Below are positions 35,631 through 49,286 of a stretch of 64,000 bases of DNA, in pieces. Every line of letters starts with the position of its first letter. Positions within the stretch are counted from its first letter, which is position 1. Made by a program: the position numbers and the translations under genes. The stretch is from Macrostomum hystrix. Lineage: Eukaryota; Animalia; Platyhelminthes. The notes under the pieces were generated by a model. The model saw only the letters and a program-made list of their open reading frames with translations. It was not told the origin of the DNA and searched no databases. The stretch is taken from contig CATNEN010000024.1 of assembly GCA_950097015.1 (NCBI GenBank), forward strand, positions 62,001 through 126,000. The letters are read 5' to 3'.

Positions 35631-36648
35631 CTCGTTGTTATTCTTAGAAAATTACTCACAGAATCCGTCATTGAAGTCAGTTGCTTATGTTATTTCTACT
35701 ATTAGCTTGTCGTTTTCATATTTCTTCCGCAATGCAATTATGTGCTCTATATTTTAGCATTTGATTAGCTACCTGATGCCCGAAATCAAAAGTGCGATAA
35801 AATTTATAATTAAATTGAAAAGCGAATACACATTTGAACAGGCACATGCAAACAGCTTTCGGTAGAATATTGAGAGTTAAGAGTGATTTTTTCAATATTT
35901 ATTCTTCTTCATTGATTATTTATATTTAATGGATAAACTAGATGGATAATTTCAGAAAAAAAGGTGCGTAGATGAAAAATAGATTAATACGGGAGTAATT
36001 TCAGTTTTTTCATTTGCTTTTTGGAGAATAGGAATTTACTATAGCAGCGACTTCTAGTAAACAGAATCCCAGCTGATTAACAGTAGAACGAACATGCTAT
36101 ATTTCCCCCTGGGGAAAGACCAGGGTGCATTTCAAATACCCACTGCCTATTTCACTATATTGATAAAAAATTTCCGCCCTTTACAATGAGCCAACTTTCA
36201 AAGCCAGCGTCGTCGAGATATACAGCGATTTTTTGTCGAAGACCCTTCTGACAAGGACAAATAAAATTGGTCAGTATAAACCTATTTGGCCAATCCATAT
36301 CGGTTCAAAAGTGTATAAGTTAAATATATCATCAACAATACATGGTTAAATGATAACATTTTGTGGTTTTTGCCACCAGACACCCCCCGACGGGAATCGT
36401 TGAATATCTCGACGATGCCGATGTTTTGTGATTCTGGAAATAGATTCATCGGATAGAGCGGAAAATTTTAGCCCGTGTTCTGAATTTTATGGTGATTGTT
36501 TGAATATTGTGGGTATTGGGTAAAAGAAATAGCCATCTGTGGTCTTTCTACTGCTATAAGCCCAGATTTGATGGCGGAATCGTCTAGAGTTCGATTTCGA
36601 ATATTAATTATCACAATTCAGTGGATCACTTGACCAGTTCATTTCGCC

Positions 36649-37639
36649 TTAGTCGTTCGCCTTCTCTCCGTCTCGACGTCGCTGTTCTGCTTCTTTAGAC
36701 TTCTTCTCCACCTTGTCGTTGTGCTGGCTGACTCGCTGCAGCTTCTCCTGCTCCCTTTTCTGGCCGTGATGGAAATCGAACGATAATAAACGTGCAATTT
36801 ACGCCAATGAGGGTCAGCCCTTCACAGTAAGTGCACACTGCCTGACAATGAGAGTCCGGGCAGATGTGCACTCTTTAGCACGTCCTGTTTTAGCTTGTAT
36901 AAAGTAACAAACAAAATAAGCCTCGTGGGCGTAATATTGCACGCACGACCGGCCCCAAATTTACGAGTATGCATGGCCCCGCCGCGGAACTCCCGGGTAC
37001 TGTAGTGATAATAATATAATAATAATTGCAGGAGGGCTGCAGCGAGAAGTTCATTTAGTGACACTAGAACTGCAGTCAGTAGGGAGGCAATTTTGCCCAT
37101 TTCGCATGTGGACTCCTGAGCACACACGCACACAGATACCGGACGCAGGCATACGCTCACACAGGTGTGTACATCTGCCCCGACTTTCTCATCGTCAGGT
37201 AGTGTACACTCTCACTGTGCCTTGGAGGTTGGCCTTCAAAAGCGTAAATTGCACGACAAGCCTCTAAGCCTTCTCTCTGCGGCTGCACCCGAAATGAAAT
37301 GTGGCCTCGCCGCGGATTCGAGCTCAGGGACCTTGGTGCGAGAAGCAAACGCATTGACCGCTCTGCCACTCACGCTCCTAAGGGTATACGAGCTACCTTG
37401 GAGTCAGCCTCTAAAATTTGCCATACTATTCATTAACTCGAGACCCGATGCTTTCGCTCTGTAGATTGTCTCACCTTTCGTCGCTCCTCAGCCTCCCGTT
37501 GTCTCTTGTCGATTACGTCGGGTGTTGAGGGTCGGTCTTCGAGACGCCGCTCCAAATGACGCGGCTTGCCGCTGCGCGATTTAATGTTATCCTCGTCTAT
37601 GCTCACCTCGAACGCCATGCTGGTATTTCGGCCCGACAT
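36649..37639 (-). CDS. Stathmin-family protein, about 91 aa; exons 37639-37475 and 36759-36649
   Basis: MAFEVSI...TPDVIDKRQREAEERRK resembles stathmin QAFELIL...SLEEIQKKLEAAEERRK. A phase-0 GT-AG intron joins it to a charged coiled-coil exon KREQEKLQRVSQHNDKVEKK... ending in TAA. Confidence 0.75.
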
Positions 37640-39085
37640 CTCTGAGAGACTGAGACTTACCTGTTTATTAGCTTGGATGCTAGAATTAAACCGCGGCAAG
37701 ATTCACTGGATGCAGCTCTGAGCTTATAATAAAACATCGGTGAATTTTTCAGCTTTTTTATTGCCCGCCATTCCTTTTGGTCTTGCTCAGCTCTCCCCCG
37801 CCGACTAGAGCAAGAGCCGGTCAGGTGTGTCGCCAGAACCGGCTCCCCCCGCACTGGCCCTGTTGTCATTTAATTGTTTGAGCCTGGCCGCTGCTGTCAT
37901 CGCTTCCCTCATTCCGTCTCTAGCACCGACACTCGTCATCCTTTCACAACTGGACTGGTTAACGTGCCATTGTACCAGGCTATAGCTGGATTAGGGGAGA
38001 ATTATAAGCTAGTTGTGCCCACGCACAGGTACATTACTTAGTCATGGTCCGTTTTTGTTTTTTATCTGACTTTTAAGCCACACTGTGTTGATACTATATC
38101 GGGCATGTATTACGATTTAATTTTTGCCTATAATTCCACTAAAATGTCTAAATAAGCATTCATTATATTTCACTGTTGCCATGCTTACGGATATTATAGT
38201 ATGTCTGTACGTTAGGACTGCAGTATATATTATAGTAAATAGTAAAAAGTCAAACTAGTAAATAGCTAGCGAGCTATTAAACAAACTGTTTGTTCATTCA
38301 AACGTTCATTCAAACAATGATTTGAATAAATGTCAAGGATTCCTTCAAAACAAATATTTTTATATATGAATCCAGGGATTACTCCGAGTATTTATTTTAT
38401 TCCTAGCAATTACTGATGAATGAAAACAGTCAGTGACATTACAGACTCAACACAGTTACTTATTCGACCTTGCTACACGGTTGAAGCGCAGAAACTCGTT
38501 TCTTTGAAATTATTTAGGAGGCTTTTGCCGAGAAATACACTACGCAGATTGCAAGTTTTTTATATTTGAAATCGTGACCGTTTTTTATTAAAAAAACGGA
38601 CCCAAATCTTTTTTATTTAGCTTTACCTAATCTTGTTGCACAAAAAAGGTTATATGGTTTATTTGGTTTATCTTGATACGTTTTTCTGTACTAAAAAAGC
38701 ACTTAATAATGTCTGTGTTCGATACAAGCCAGCTTATGGTTTGACTTAAAAAGGGAAGTTTAGCGGAATAAAAAATATCTGGCATCGTTAGTTGCATGCT
38801 ACAATTTATTCTTTAGAATACTAAATACGATCAATTTTGGTCCCATGTTAATATTCGTAAAATTAGCAAAAAATGCGAAAATTCTAATCGTTAATTGTAA
38901 AAAGCACACAAGACTTTTCTTTAAAAAATATGTTTAACTTAAAACCTTAAAAGTCTAAAAACCACAGATAGACGCTTTTAAAACAATTTAACTAGTTGTA
39001 ATGCTTCAACTCAGAAATACAAAATGCGGTAAAAATAAAATAAATTACTTTCCGCGAAAAACTTTTCCGCCTATAATAAATCCTT

Positions 39086-39826
39086 GGGAGCCCGACATTT
39101 GACTGCTGCCATTTGACTTCCACCATTTGACTGCGGAGCATTTGACTGCGGACAATTTGACTGCGGACAATTTGACTGCGGAGCATTTGACTGCGGGCAA
39201 TTTGACTGCCAGCCATTTGACTGCGGACAATTCCACACTTTTGGCTGCACATTTATTGACTGCCACTTCAAAACGAATTTCGTTTAGATGTTTATAATTA
39301 GTCGCAGAGCGGTTGAAACGAGGGTCACTTTAAACCCATTGCAAATTCCCATGGCTCCGTGGGAGAATTTCAATTGCAAACAATTGTCAACAGAGGATTT
39401 TCCTTCTCTCAGAGCTCGAAATTTCCTAGATAAAAATGACTATAACAAAGTGTGAGAGCAACCGTAAAATACTCATAATTGGTTGCTGAGGCACAATTTT
39501 TCACTGACAAATTTATACTTATTTATCCGGAAATAATTATATACCTATTGCGAAGCTTTCTGGTCGTGGAGATAAAATGTTATAGGCCTAATGAACAAAT
39601 TTACCATTTATTCTGGTTCAGGAACTGGGGAATCAGATTGTGTTAGTCAAATGGCTGGCAGTCAAATTGCCTGCGGTCAAATGCTTGGCAGTCAAATTGT
39701 CTGCAGTCAAATGCTCTGCAGTTAAATTGTCCGCAGTCAAATGCTCCGCAGTCAAATTGTCCGCAGTCAAATGCTCCGCAGTCAAATGGTGGAAGTCAAA
39801 TTGCAGCAGTCAAATGTCGTAGTCCC
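39086..39826. mobile_element. Non-autonomous Mutator/foldback MITE, 741 bp, 9-bp TSD TAAATCCTT
   Basis: TIRs GGGA(GCC/CTA)CGACATTTGACTGCTGC followed by 14-bp catttgactgcgga modules. TSD at 39077-39085 and 39827-39835. Confidence 0.93.
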
Positions 39827-40995
39827 TAAATCCTTATCTGTACATTCAAAGTGCACTGCCTTAAAAAAATCTTTGTTTCCTTGCATATCATGGACTACAG
39901 AGGAAGATAGGATAATTCCTAGTCCTAAACCTGGATCCTAAGTTTATGTACTTGACTTACATACTAGGCATGAAGAAAACTTTCGTATTCAGAAAGCGAA
40001 GTGAATATGTTAAGATATTGTAGTGGTATTTAACATAATTTGTTTAAATAAACAGTAGATTCATGTCGCCACAGGACTTTAGCTATTATAATAATCAAAT
40101 CAAGTTATGTATAAGTTATATATATTAATTCTTTGCAAGTTGTTTTCTATGGCATAGATTCTTAAAATGCAATCATGTTGCAAGTATAGTTTACTTTTGA
40201 CACTCGTTATTATCAGTTATCTTTAATATTTTCAGCTAACAAAAGTTAGAAAAATATTTACTTCTTTTTGCAGATAGCATAAAATTATAGTAACTTACCA
40301 TAGATTTTATGGTGCCTATGTGCTAGCCAGCCAATCAGTTTTTACTTTCTTTTGCCCCTGTTGATCAAATGAGAAAACTGGCAAAGTAATGACAAAATGG
40401 TAAATGTCTTTCTTGTTGTATTTTAGGTACAGACATCCAGAAAAGTTTCGATGAATAAATATAGCATATTAGATTATGTTAAAAGCTTTCATGTAGCTTT
40501 CTTTTTTTTATCTTTATTGTATCAGCTTTAGTATTCTCATATGAATTAACACACACACATACACACAAACACACTTTTAGAAAAAATGATATATTAAAAT
40601 AAAACATTATTAGGGATATATTTCAGATCTGGTTTAACATCATCAAAGTCTTTTATTGAACTCTTAGTTAATATTTATATGACTGGTTCTAAATTCTGTT
40701 ATCTATTTTGTTATAAAAATAAAATAATTTTTTCCCTTTCTCTTATCAAACAGTATTATTTTATAGTTGAATTTATAATCTTTTTACTTATATAGAAATT
40801 ATTGCCATTTTATTTTCATTTTGCTAAATTAACATTTCAGAAGAATGTCTGCTTTTTAAGGAGACAAAGAAAACAAAAGTTGTTTTGCTACTTTAAATAA
40901 AAAATGTTCTGTTTTTTAGCCAGAATTACTTTTTTCTGAAAAAAACTTGTTTGCTTTTCTATTTTCTTTCTTTTATATTAAGATTCTAAACTGCA

Positions 40996-41829
40996 ATGGC
41001 CATTGTAGGTTTTTTTGTACATGAAAGCATGATAAACATTGTATAACATCTTTTGAATTCCAATTTAAAACACAAGTTGCAGCAGGAAGTGGCTCAAAGT
41101 GGCATCCTTGAGGCCCAGCTGGGCCGGGGAGGGCCTGGCCAGGTGCAGCAGCAGCAGCAGTCTCATGAAGACCGCAGCCGCACCAATCTAATCATAAACT
41201 ATTTGCCGCAGACATTCGACACTGAGGATCTGCGCGCCTTATTTGAAAAGGCCGGGCCGATCCGGACACACAAGGTTGTGCGCGACAAGCAGACTGGCGC
41301 CTCGCTCTGCTATGGCTTCGTTGACTTCCTGTTTCCCGAGCACGCCGAGAAGGCCATCGGCGAGTTTCATGGCATGAGGCTGGGCAACAAGAAGCTGCGC
41401 GTTGCCTACGCGGCCACCGGCAGCAGCTCCTGCACCGGCTTTGTTGGTCCCGATGGCTCGCCGCTGCCACTGCCGACCATGCCGCCTCGTGCCGAGCGTC
41501 ACAGCGGCGGTGCCGGCTCCGGTGTCGGCAATGGGGGCAGCTTCATCGGCGGCGGTGGCGGCCTCTGCGGCTCAGGCAGCGGCGGTTCCGCGCTGCCGTT
41601 GCGCAATCCCGGCAACCTGTACGTGTCCGGCATTCCGCGCAGCTGGACCGAAGCCGATCTGAACGCGCTATTCTCCAGATTTGGCAAGCTGGTTCAGATC
41701 CGCGTGCTGACAGATCCCAACAGCGGCCTGTCCAAAGGAGTCGGCTTCGTCACCTTCGATGACAAGGGCAACGCCGAGAGGGCCATAATTGAAACTAACG
41801 GGCTGCAGGTAGGCAAATGCGGGGCTTGA

Positions 41830-41863
<34 letters not shown>

Positions 41864-44800
41864 TTCATTCCTGCAATTTCCAAAGTGGCGTGCAACTAAT
41901 AACCACCCAGGTGACTGTCCCTGTGTTACTTTGGCTTTACTCTACTGTTGCCTCACAGTCGCTAGGCTGTAATTATCCTATTTTTGGGGGATTTTATGGC
42001 GTTTAAACCGCTAGAGGGACTCAGATAAGATAACGATCCACGCGACGATTTTAGGGCGCGCTTAGAGAGCGATTAGCATCTGCTTCCCAAATCTTTCTAG
42101 CAGCTAAACTATGCCAGCTAACACACGGTTTGACAAATTTATATGCCTTGCCAACTAAACAGAGAACGAATTTAATAGACGACATCGGGCCGGATCAACA
42201 TAGAGGACTAAAAACAGAGGATAGATGAGACGTAGGAGAGATGAGTAAGGTGAGAGATAATACCAGGGACAGATAAGGCAGTAAAGACAGGGGAGAAATG
42301 GGAAATGGTCATGGAAGGTGAGATATGAGAGAGATTAGGAAAGATTAGATAGGAGACGAGAAATTAGGTTCGAGAGGTGAGACCGGAGAGGTTAGACATG
42401 AGAGATTGAATAAGAAAGTTGAGATAGGATGGACGCAGTTGCCCGACTCCTGATCTGATCCAACCCAATCTTCACCGTCTATTCAACTTTTTTAAAGAAT
42501 AATTCCGCAATGAGTTCTTTACTCTAGTAAATATTAGAATAGTGTGTGCGTCATCGCCTAGTACAGTAATCACTATTTATAGACCAATCTAGATGGGATG
42601 GAGAGAGAGTGTGGCTGGGTGGGCTTTTGTTGCCCCTCCGTTCGATCAATAGACCCCAGTTGCCTCCCTTTGCTATGCCATCCACCGCCGTGCAATTTTC
42701 GTGTCTCCTTCTCTGCCCTCTCTCTTCGTAGTTGAAGGCGTATGTCAATGCCTCTCAGACTTAAATTGAGTAACCAGACTAAACCCAACCCAGCTTAAGC
42801 TTTCCTGCAACACTGACTCATTGTACTTAGGCGCATCATTGTTAGTGGGTGGACGCCTAGATGAAGTAGCCAACACGCACAAAAGAAGTTTCCAGTACGT
42901 TTCTGGTTTGTTGAAAATCTTTTACAAGCTTTGGTTGTTCGTCTGTACTGTAAGAAGCGGTCATTATTGTTGAGATTCCATTGTTCGCGCTAGGCTTGTC
43001 TGTCTAGCCTAAATTATCTAATAGGTTGGCATTGTGAGTGCGCCTGCTTTCCCACGCGAGTTCATAGTTAAATGCGCGACATGATTTTAACTTTTTTCCT
43101 CTCCTAAAAGAAGATAGACGAACAAGATGACCGATATTAAGCAGAGTAGAGTAGTGTGCTCAATGTGAAGCCTGGGAGAAATTCACGCGATGAGACAGTG
43201 CTCAGCATGTGCCAAGCACAATACAGTATTGTATTGTTTCCTGCTGAACCATACAAATGTGATTATTAATGTGTCTGTCACTTCTGGATGTCTAATACTC
43301 TTTCAGAATTGGTCAGCACCCAATAAAAAATTAACTATTACGGTTTTATAGTAGACACTGAAGCACTGGGTCTCAGGGTTTTATAGTACACTGAAGCACT
43401 GGGTCTCAGGGTTTTATAGTACACTGAAGCACTGGGTCTCAGGGTTTTATAGTACACTGAAGCACTGGGTCTCAGGGTTTTATAGTACACTGAAGCACTG
43501 GGTCTCAGGGTTTTATAGTACACTGAAGCACTGGGTCTCAGGGTTTTATAGTACACTGAAGCACTGGGTCTCAGGGTTTTATAGTACACTGAAGCACTGG
43601 GTCTCAGGGTTTTATAGTACACTGAAGCACTGGGTCTCAGGGGTTTGTTTTACCCGACCAACCTCCTCAGGGCCCAGAATGGCCGGCTCCGCTGCTGGTG
43701 AAATTCGCCGAGGATGGCTCGGCCAGGGCCCGCTCCGGACCGCGCCACGCTGGGCTGTCAGCTTCGTTCAACCTGCCGCTGGACACCGGGCGTCAGGGCG
43801 GCTCCGGCGCCTGCCGACTGAGCGCCAGCCTGTGCGGCCCGTCCAGCTCAGCCATGAACGGATCTTCGGGCTTCAGCTCCGGCGGGTGAGCACTTGAGGC
43901 TGCATTTTTGAATTTTATGTTTGTTTTTACCTGCGCGGATATTGCCTTACCTGAGATTATCCAGCGCGGAGATTGTCTCACCTGAGATTATCCAGCGCGG
44001 AGATTGTCTCACCTGAGATTATCCAGCGCGGAGATTGTCTCACCTGAGATTATCCAGCGCGGAGATTGTCTCACCTGAGATTATCCAGCGCGGAGATTGC
44101 CTCACCTGAGATTATCCAGCGCGGAGATTGCCTCACCTGAGATTATCCAGCGCGGAGATTGCCTCACCTGAGATTATCCAGCGCGGAGATTGCCTCACCT
44201 GAGATTATCCAGCGCGGAGGTTGTCTCACCTGAGATTATCCAGCGCGGAGATTGTCTCACCTGAGATTATCCAGCGCGGAGATTGTCTCACCTGAGATTA
44301 TCGAGCGCTGTGGTGGTCTCACGTGAGATTATCCCTCCAAGAGATTTTCTTCCCTTAGTTACTGCAATAAAAGAAATTATTCTAAATGAAGTTTTTTTCT
44401 CTTTAGTTTTCCCATAGAAAGTGTTAGAAATTTTGTTTTGTTATTTTAGCTTCTGAGTTCTTTAAAATCAATGCTCAATTGAGTACATTTGGCGGCTTAC
44501 TTCAAAGAGTTGCTGGGGTCAATTTAGAAAACAGAAAAAGGCACAACTGCAATAAAAAGCGCAGCTGTGTGATAAGATTCAGGTGACTTGTAAAATTAGA
44601 TTTTTTTATTACAATCTAAATCTTGCTCACACAGAATTATTATTATAGGTGAGTAAGTTAAATAGACAATACAATTTACTATCCTTCAGTTGAGCACTGT
44701 GCCCAACACATGAGGGACTCATAGTAATATCTTTTTGGACTCAGTGAATAAAAGCTGATTAAAATCTTGCAAGTAGTGTTTGCGCTTCCAAACTGCTTAT

Positions 44801-47800
44801 GAAATAGGGCTCTGCAGCTATCGCCATTTCGTGTTTACGCGCTTCGTCAGTTTATAATTGTGCCGTGAGCCAGAGTTTAAATAATACAAGTTGTGTAGGA
44901 ATGCTATTTATTGTTAGAATCTATATAGCATAGCACAGGTTGCTAATTTTCTTACTCCGGCCGGAAATTGCTTTGCATGTGGGCTCCGAACGGATTGAGA
45001 AAGATTTCTATCGCTTATGGAGGTCATTTTGGTCCACGAACAGTTTTGCTTGCTGTTTGACTATTTGTGTAGATTGCTAGAGAAATTCAGGCATAATTCT
45101 AATAGCAATTATAAGGGGGTCATATTTGAAATGATTAGACAATTAAACTTAATAAAAGCTGCATTTCAGTTAGTTAGTGGCGCATGTACTAATTACATGA
45201 TGGATAAACAAATGTACTTTTATCCAATTAACCGCTTGTTAAAGTAGCGTTTTTTATTTTAGGAAATAAAGCTGCCCTCGATACCGTAGCTCTGTCCTAC
45301 CTATAGAATTGAGCCTATAGTTGAGTAGCTACATGCTCTCCCTGAGAAACTACCTCAGTTGATTCCGTTCCGAAATATTTTATAGTGCTTTTTCTGTTTC
45401 TTGCAGGTTAAAGCAAGGGTCTGGATTTCTAAGTAATTAATTATCTTTCGAGCATTTTTTTGCGAAATACACATTTAATAAAAAATGTAAAATGATCCCT
45501 TTCGTTTTGTTTAGCTTAGTGTCTTTAAATTAAAAGTGTATTTGAATATATAGCTTGCATTTTTTAGTTTATCACAGTGCCCAGGGGTCAATTATTTGCA
45601 TGGGTTTCTAAAAACATCACTATCTATGACACTGACAGTAGTCTAAAGTCATTATCTATGGCTGGAGTCTAAAGTAATTATCTATGGCTGGAGTCTCAAG
45701 TCATTATCTATGGCTGGAGTCTAAATCATGATCTATGGCTGGAGTCTCAAGTCATTATCTATGGCTGGAGTCTCAAGTCATTATCTATGGCTGGAGTCTA
45801 AATCATGATCTATGGCTGGAGTCTCAAGTCATTATCTATGGCTGGAGTCTCAAGTCATTATCTATGGATGGAGTCTCAAGTCATTATCTATGGCTGGAGT
45901 CTCCAGTCATTATCTATGGCTGGAGTCTCAAGTCATTATCTATGGCTGGATTCTAAAGTCATTATCTATGGCTGGAGTCTAAATCATGTTCTATGGCTGG
46001 AGTCTAAATCATGATCTATGGCTGGAGTCTAAAGTAATTATCTATGGCTGGAGTCTAAAGTAATCTATGGCTGGAGTCTAAAGTCATTATCTATGGCTTG
46101 AGTCTAAAGTAATTATCTATGGCTGTAGTCTAAAACCATTATCTGTGGCTAGTCTAAAGTAGTTATCAATGACAGGTGTCTAAGTAATTATCTATGACAG
46201 GTGTCTCAAGTAATTATGTGTCAGGTTTTTTAAGTAATTATTTGTGACAATAAAGTAATCATCTATGGCAGGTGTCAAATTATATATTTATGGCAGGTGT
46301 CTAAAGTAGTTATCAGATTTATTAAGAATCTTATTTGAAAAGAGCATTCATTCTCTTCCGCATTGGTTCCTTATCAGATTCGGTCTAAGCCGACTACTCG
46401 ACTCTGACAGTCCCACCGGTGGCGGCGGCGGCGGCTTCGGCTTTGGCGGCACGCACGCTGGCATTGAAGAGATGGTGGACAGTTTGCTAATGCTGAACGC
46501 TCTGGGCACGCAGAACGCCTTTCGCACCCTGACTGGCGGCGCCAGTAACGGCGTCGGACTGGGCAGTATCGGCACCGGCCACCGGCCGCCCGGCCACAAG
46601 GAGATCACCTCCGACCTGGACGTGTCGCTCTCCAGCAACGGCTCCAGCCTTGATTCGCCGCCGCACGACGCCCTGACTGCCCTGTCCCAGCTGGGCCTGC
46701 TGGACCCGGAATTGGCCGCTGCAGCTTCGGCCGGCGTGGCGCCCGCTCCGGCGCCATTGCACATCCGCACGCCGCTAATTGAGAGCCGACCGCTGGCCCG
46801 GGCACTCGGCATCAAAGGCTGCCGTGTGTGGATCAAACTGGAGAACTGTCAGCCAACTGGCTCCGTCTGTCTGCGTGGCATGGCCAACGCTGTGCGACGC
46901 GCCGCCGAGAGGGGTTTCACACACGTGAGTGTCATAGTTATTTGATTCCCACAGTTCTTTGATCTTGCCGCCAGGATACCCTAATTAGTTGTTTGATGTT
47001 TCCACCATGCTTCTAACTGGTTCTTAGATTTAGCTGCCGCTTATCTAGCCGGTCTTTATCTTGCTGCCGCATGTCTAATCGGTTCTTTGATCTTACCGAC
47101 GAACTTTTAATCGGTACTTTGATCTTGCCCCCACACTTCTAACCGGTTATTTTATCTTGCCGCCACGACGATTCCCTAATTAGTTTTTTTATGTTTCCAC
47201 CATGCTTCTAACCGGTTCTTAGAGTTTGCCGCCAATTTTCTAGCCGGTTTTTATTTTACCGCCGTACTTGTAACCGGTTCGATGATCTTACCGACGCATT
47301 TAAACCGGTTATTTCATCTTGCTTCCACACTTCTAACCGTTTCTTTGATCTTGCCGCCCATTTTCTAACCGGCTGTTTGATCTTAGTGCCGCACTTCAAA
47401 CCGGTTATTTCATCTTGCTTCCACACTTCTAACCGTTTCTTTGATCTTGCCGCCCATTTTCTAACCGGCTGTTTGATCTTAGCGCCGCACTTCAAACCGG
47501 TTATTTCACCTTGCTGCCACAATTCTATCCGTTTCTTTGATCTGGCCACCACACTTCCACCAGTTCTTTGATCTTGCCGCCTCACTTCCCACCAGTTCTT
47601 TGATATTGCCGCCTCACTTCTAACCGTTTATGTTATTTAGCCGCTTATTTTCTAACCGGCTGATTGATCTTACCGCCGCACTTCGAATCGGTACTTTCAT
47701 CTTGCCGCCGCATTTCCCAACAGTTATTTATCTTTCGAACGTATCGCTCTCTTTTTTTATAATTTCTCTGGGATTTATTTAAACTTTTCTCGCCAAAAGA

Positions 47801-49251
47801 AACCTTGTCTGTTAAATAGGCTTTAAATATTTTTTCTGCTTTCCATGACTTTAAAACAAATTTCTGCGTCATCGTTCGTGGGTAAACGGGGCAGTACCTA
47901 GAACGCGACAAGTTTAGAAATGTATCCTCAATAATAACTAGCTAACAAAATGGTTCATTCGACCAGCGAATTGTTCAACAGGCTTGCAACGATAAAAAGC
48001 AGAGCTGCAAATTGCAACGAACGCAAATATAAATTCATTTTGATCCGCTTTGCGGACATTGTGAACAGAAATGTTTTTTTTAACAAGCGAATTTTGTGCG
48101 AAAAAAAACGATTTAGAGATGCTGAAGCTGAATTCCTTCGCATTCATTCCTTGCTGTTAACGTGCTTTAACAATTTTAGCTAGAATTCTAGTTGCATATC
48201 TTTTTATCAAGCTTTCTATTTAAGCTATTTCGTCAATTGTATGCAATGTGCCTCTGCTACATATTTTTATAGAATTTTAGTCCATTTCTGCGTGAATATT
48301 TTTATTCCGAATCATGAGAATAGATATCCCCATTTTGGGAGAATCTGAGTTCAAATGAATTCTTTTATTAGGGATAATATTTATTGCTCTAAATTTTACT
48401 GTTATCCCAAAATGACACCTGCACCTCCAGGTCGTGACAAGCAGCAGCAGCAGTGGCAACTGCGGCCTCGCCTGCGCATACGCGGCTGCCCGTCTGGGCC
48501 TTCAGTGCACTGTGGTGCTGCCCGACCCGCTGGCATGCGGCCCCGGCTCTGGCTCCGCTGCTAGCGGCTGCTTAGCCGAAGAGGTCCGCGCGCGCATCGC
48601 CGACGAAGGCGCCCAGGTTGTGCTGGCTGGCTCGGCCTGGCCGGAGGCGCACGCCAGAGCCGAAGTCCTGGCCAATCAGCTGGGCCACTGCGCCTGCCTG
48701 CTGCATCCCTTCGATAGCGAGGACGTCTGGGCCGGCTACAGCGGCCTAGTCGACGAAGTGGCCGAGGCGCTCAATGGCGAACAGCCGGACGCTGTCGTCC
48801 TGCCCGTGTCCGGAGGCGGCCTGCTGTCTGGCATTGTAGCCGGCCTGTGGCGCTACGGGTGGGTGACAACGCCGATTATTGCTGCCGAAACACGCGGCGT
48901 TGATCATCTGGCCGCGGCTCTGGCTGGCGGCGGCGGCGGTGGCGGCCGTCCTTGCCAGCGCGCTCTGGAGGCGGCAGGTGAGCAGCCGCTACACGCGGTG
49001 GCTAGCAGCCAGGAGGAGGCAGCCAGGGCCTGTGTGAGCTTCCTTGGCCAGCATCAGCAGCTGACGGAGCCAGTCTGCGGAGCCGCCTTGGCCGCTGTGT
49101 ACAACCGACAGTTTGGGCCGCAGCAGCTGCTGACCAGGCCTCACCCAGCTAACATCATCGTGCTCGTCACTGGTGGCCGCTCCGTGGGGGTTCAGCAACT
49201 GTTTGAACTGGCTGGAGGCTCCCCGCAGCCGCCATCACCACTGCCACTGCC

Positions 49252-49286
<35 letters not shown>

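Noticed and set aside
37642-37660. 19-nt GTAAGT...CTCTCAG 'intron' just before the stathmin ATG
   Set aside because: Well below the smallest intron supported in this window (40 nt). More likely an adjacent donor and acceptor used in separate events (alternative first exon or trans-splicing). Not testable here.
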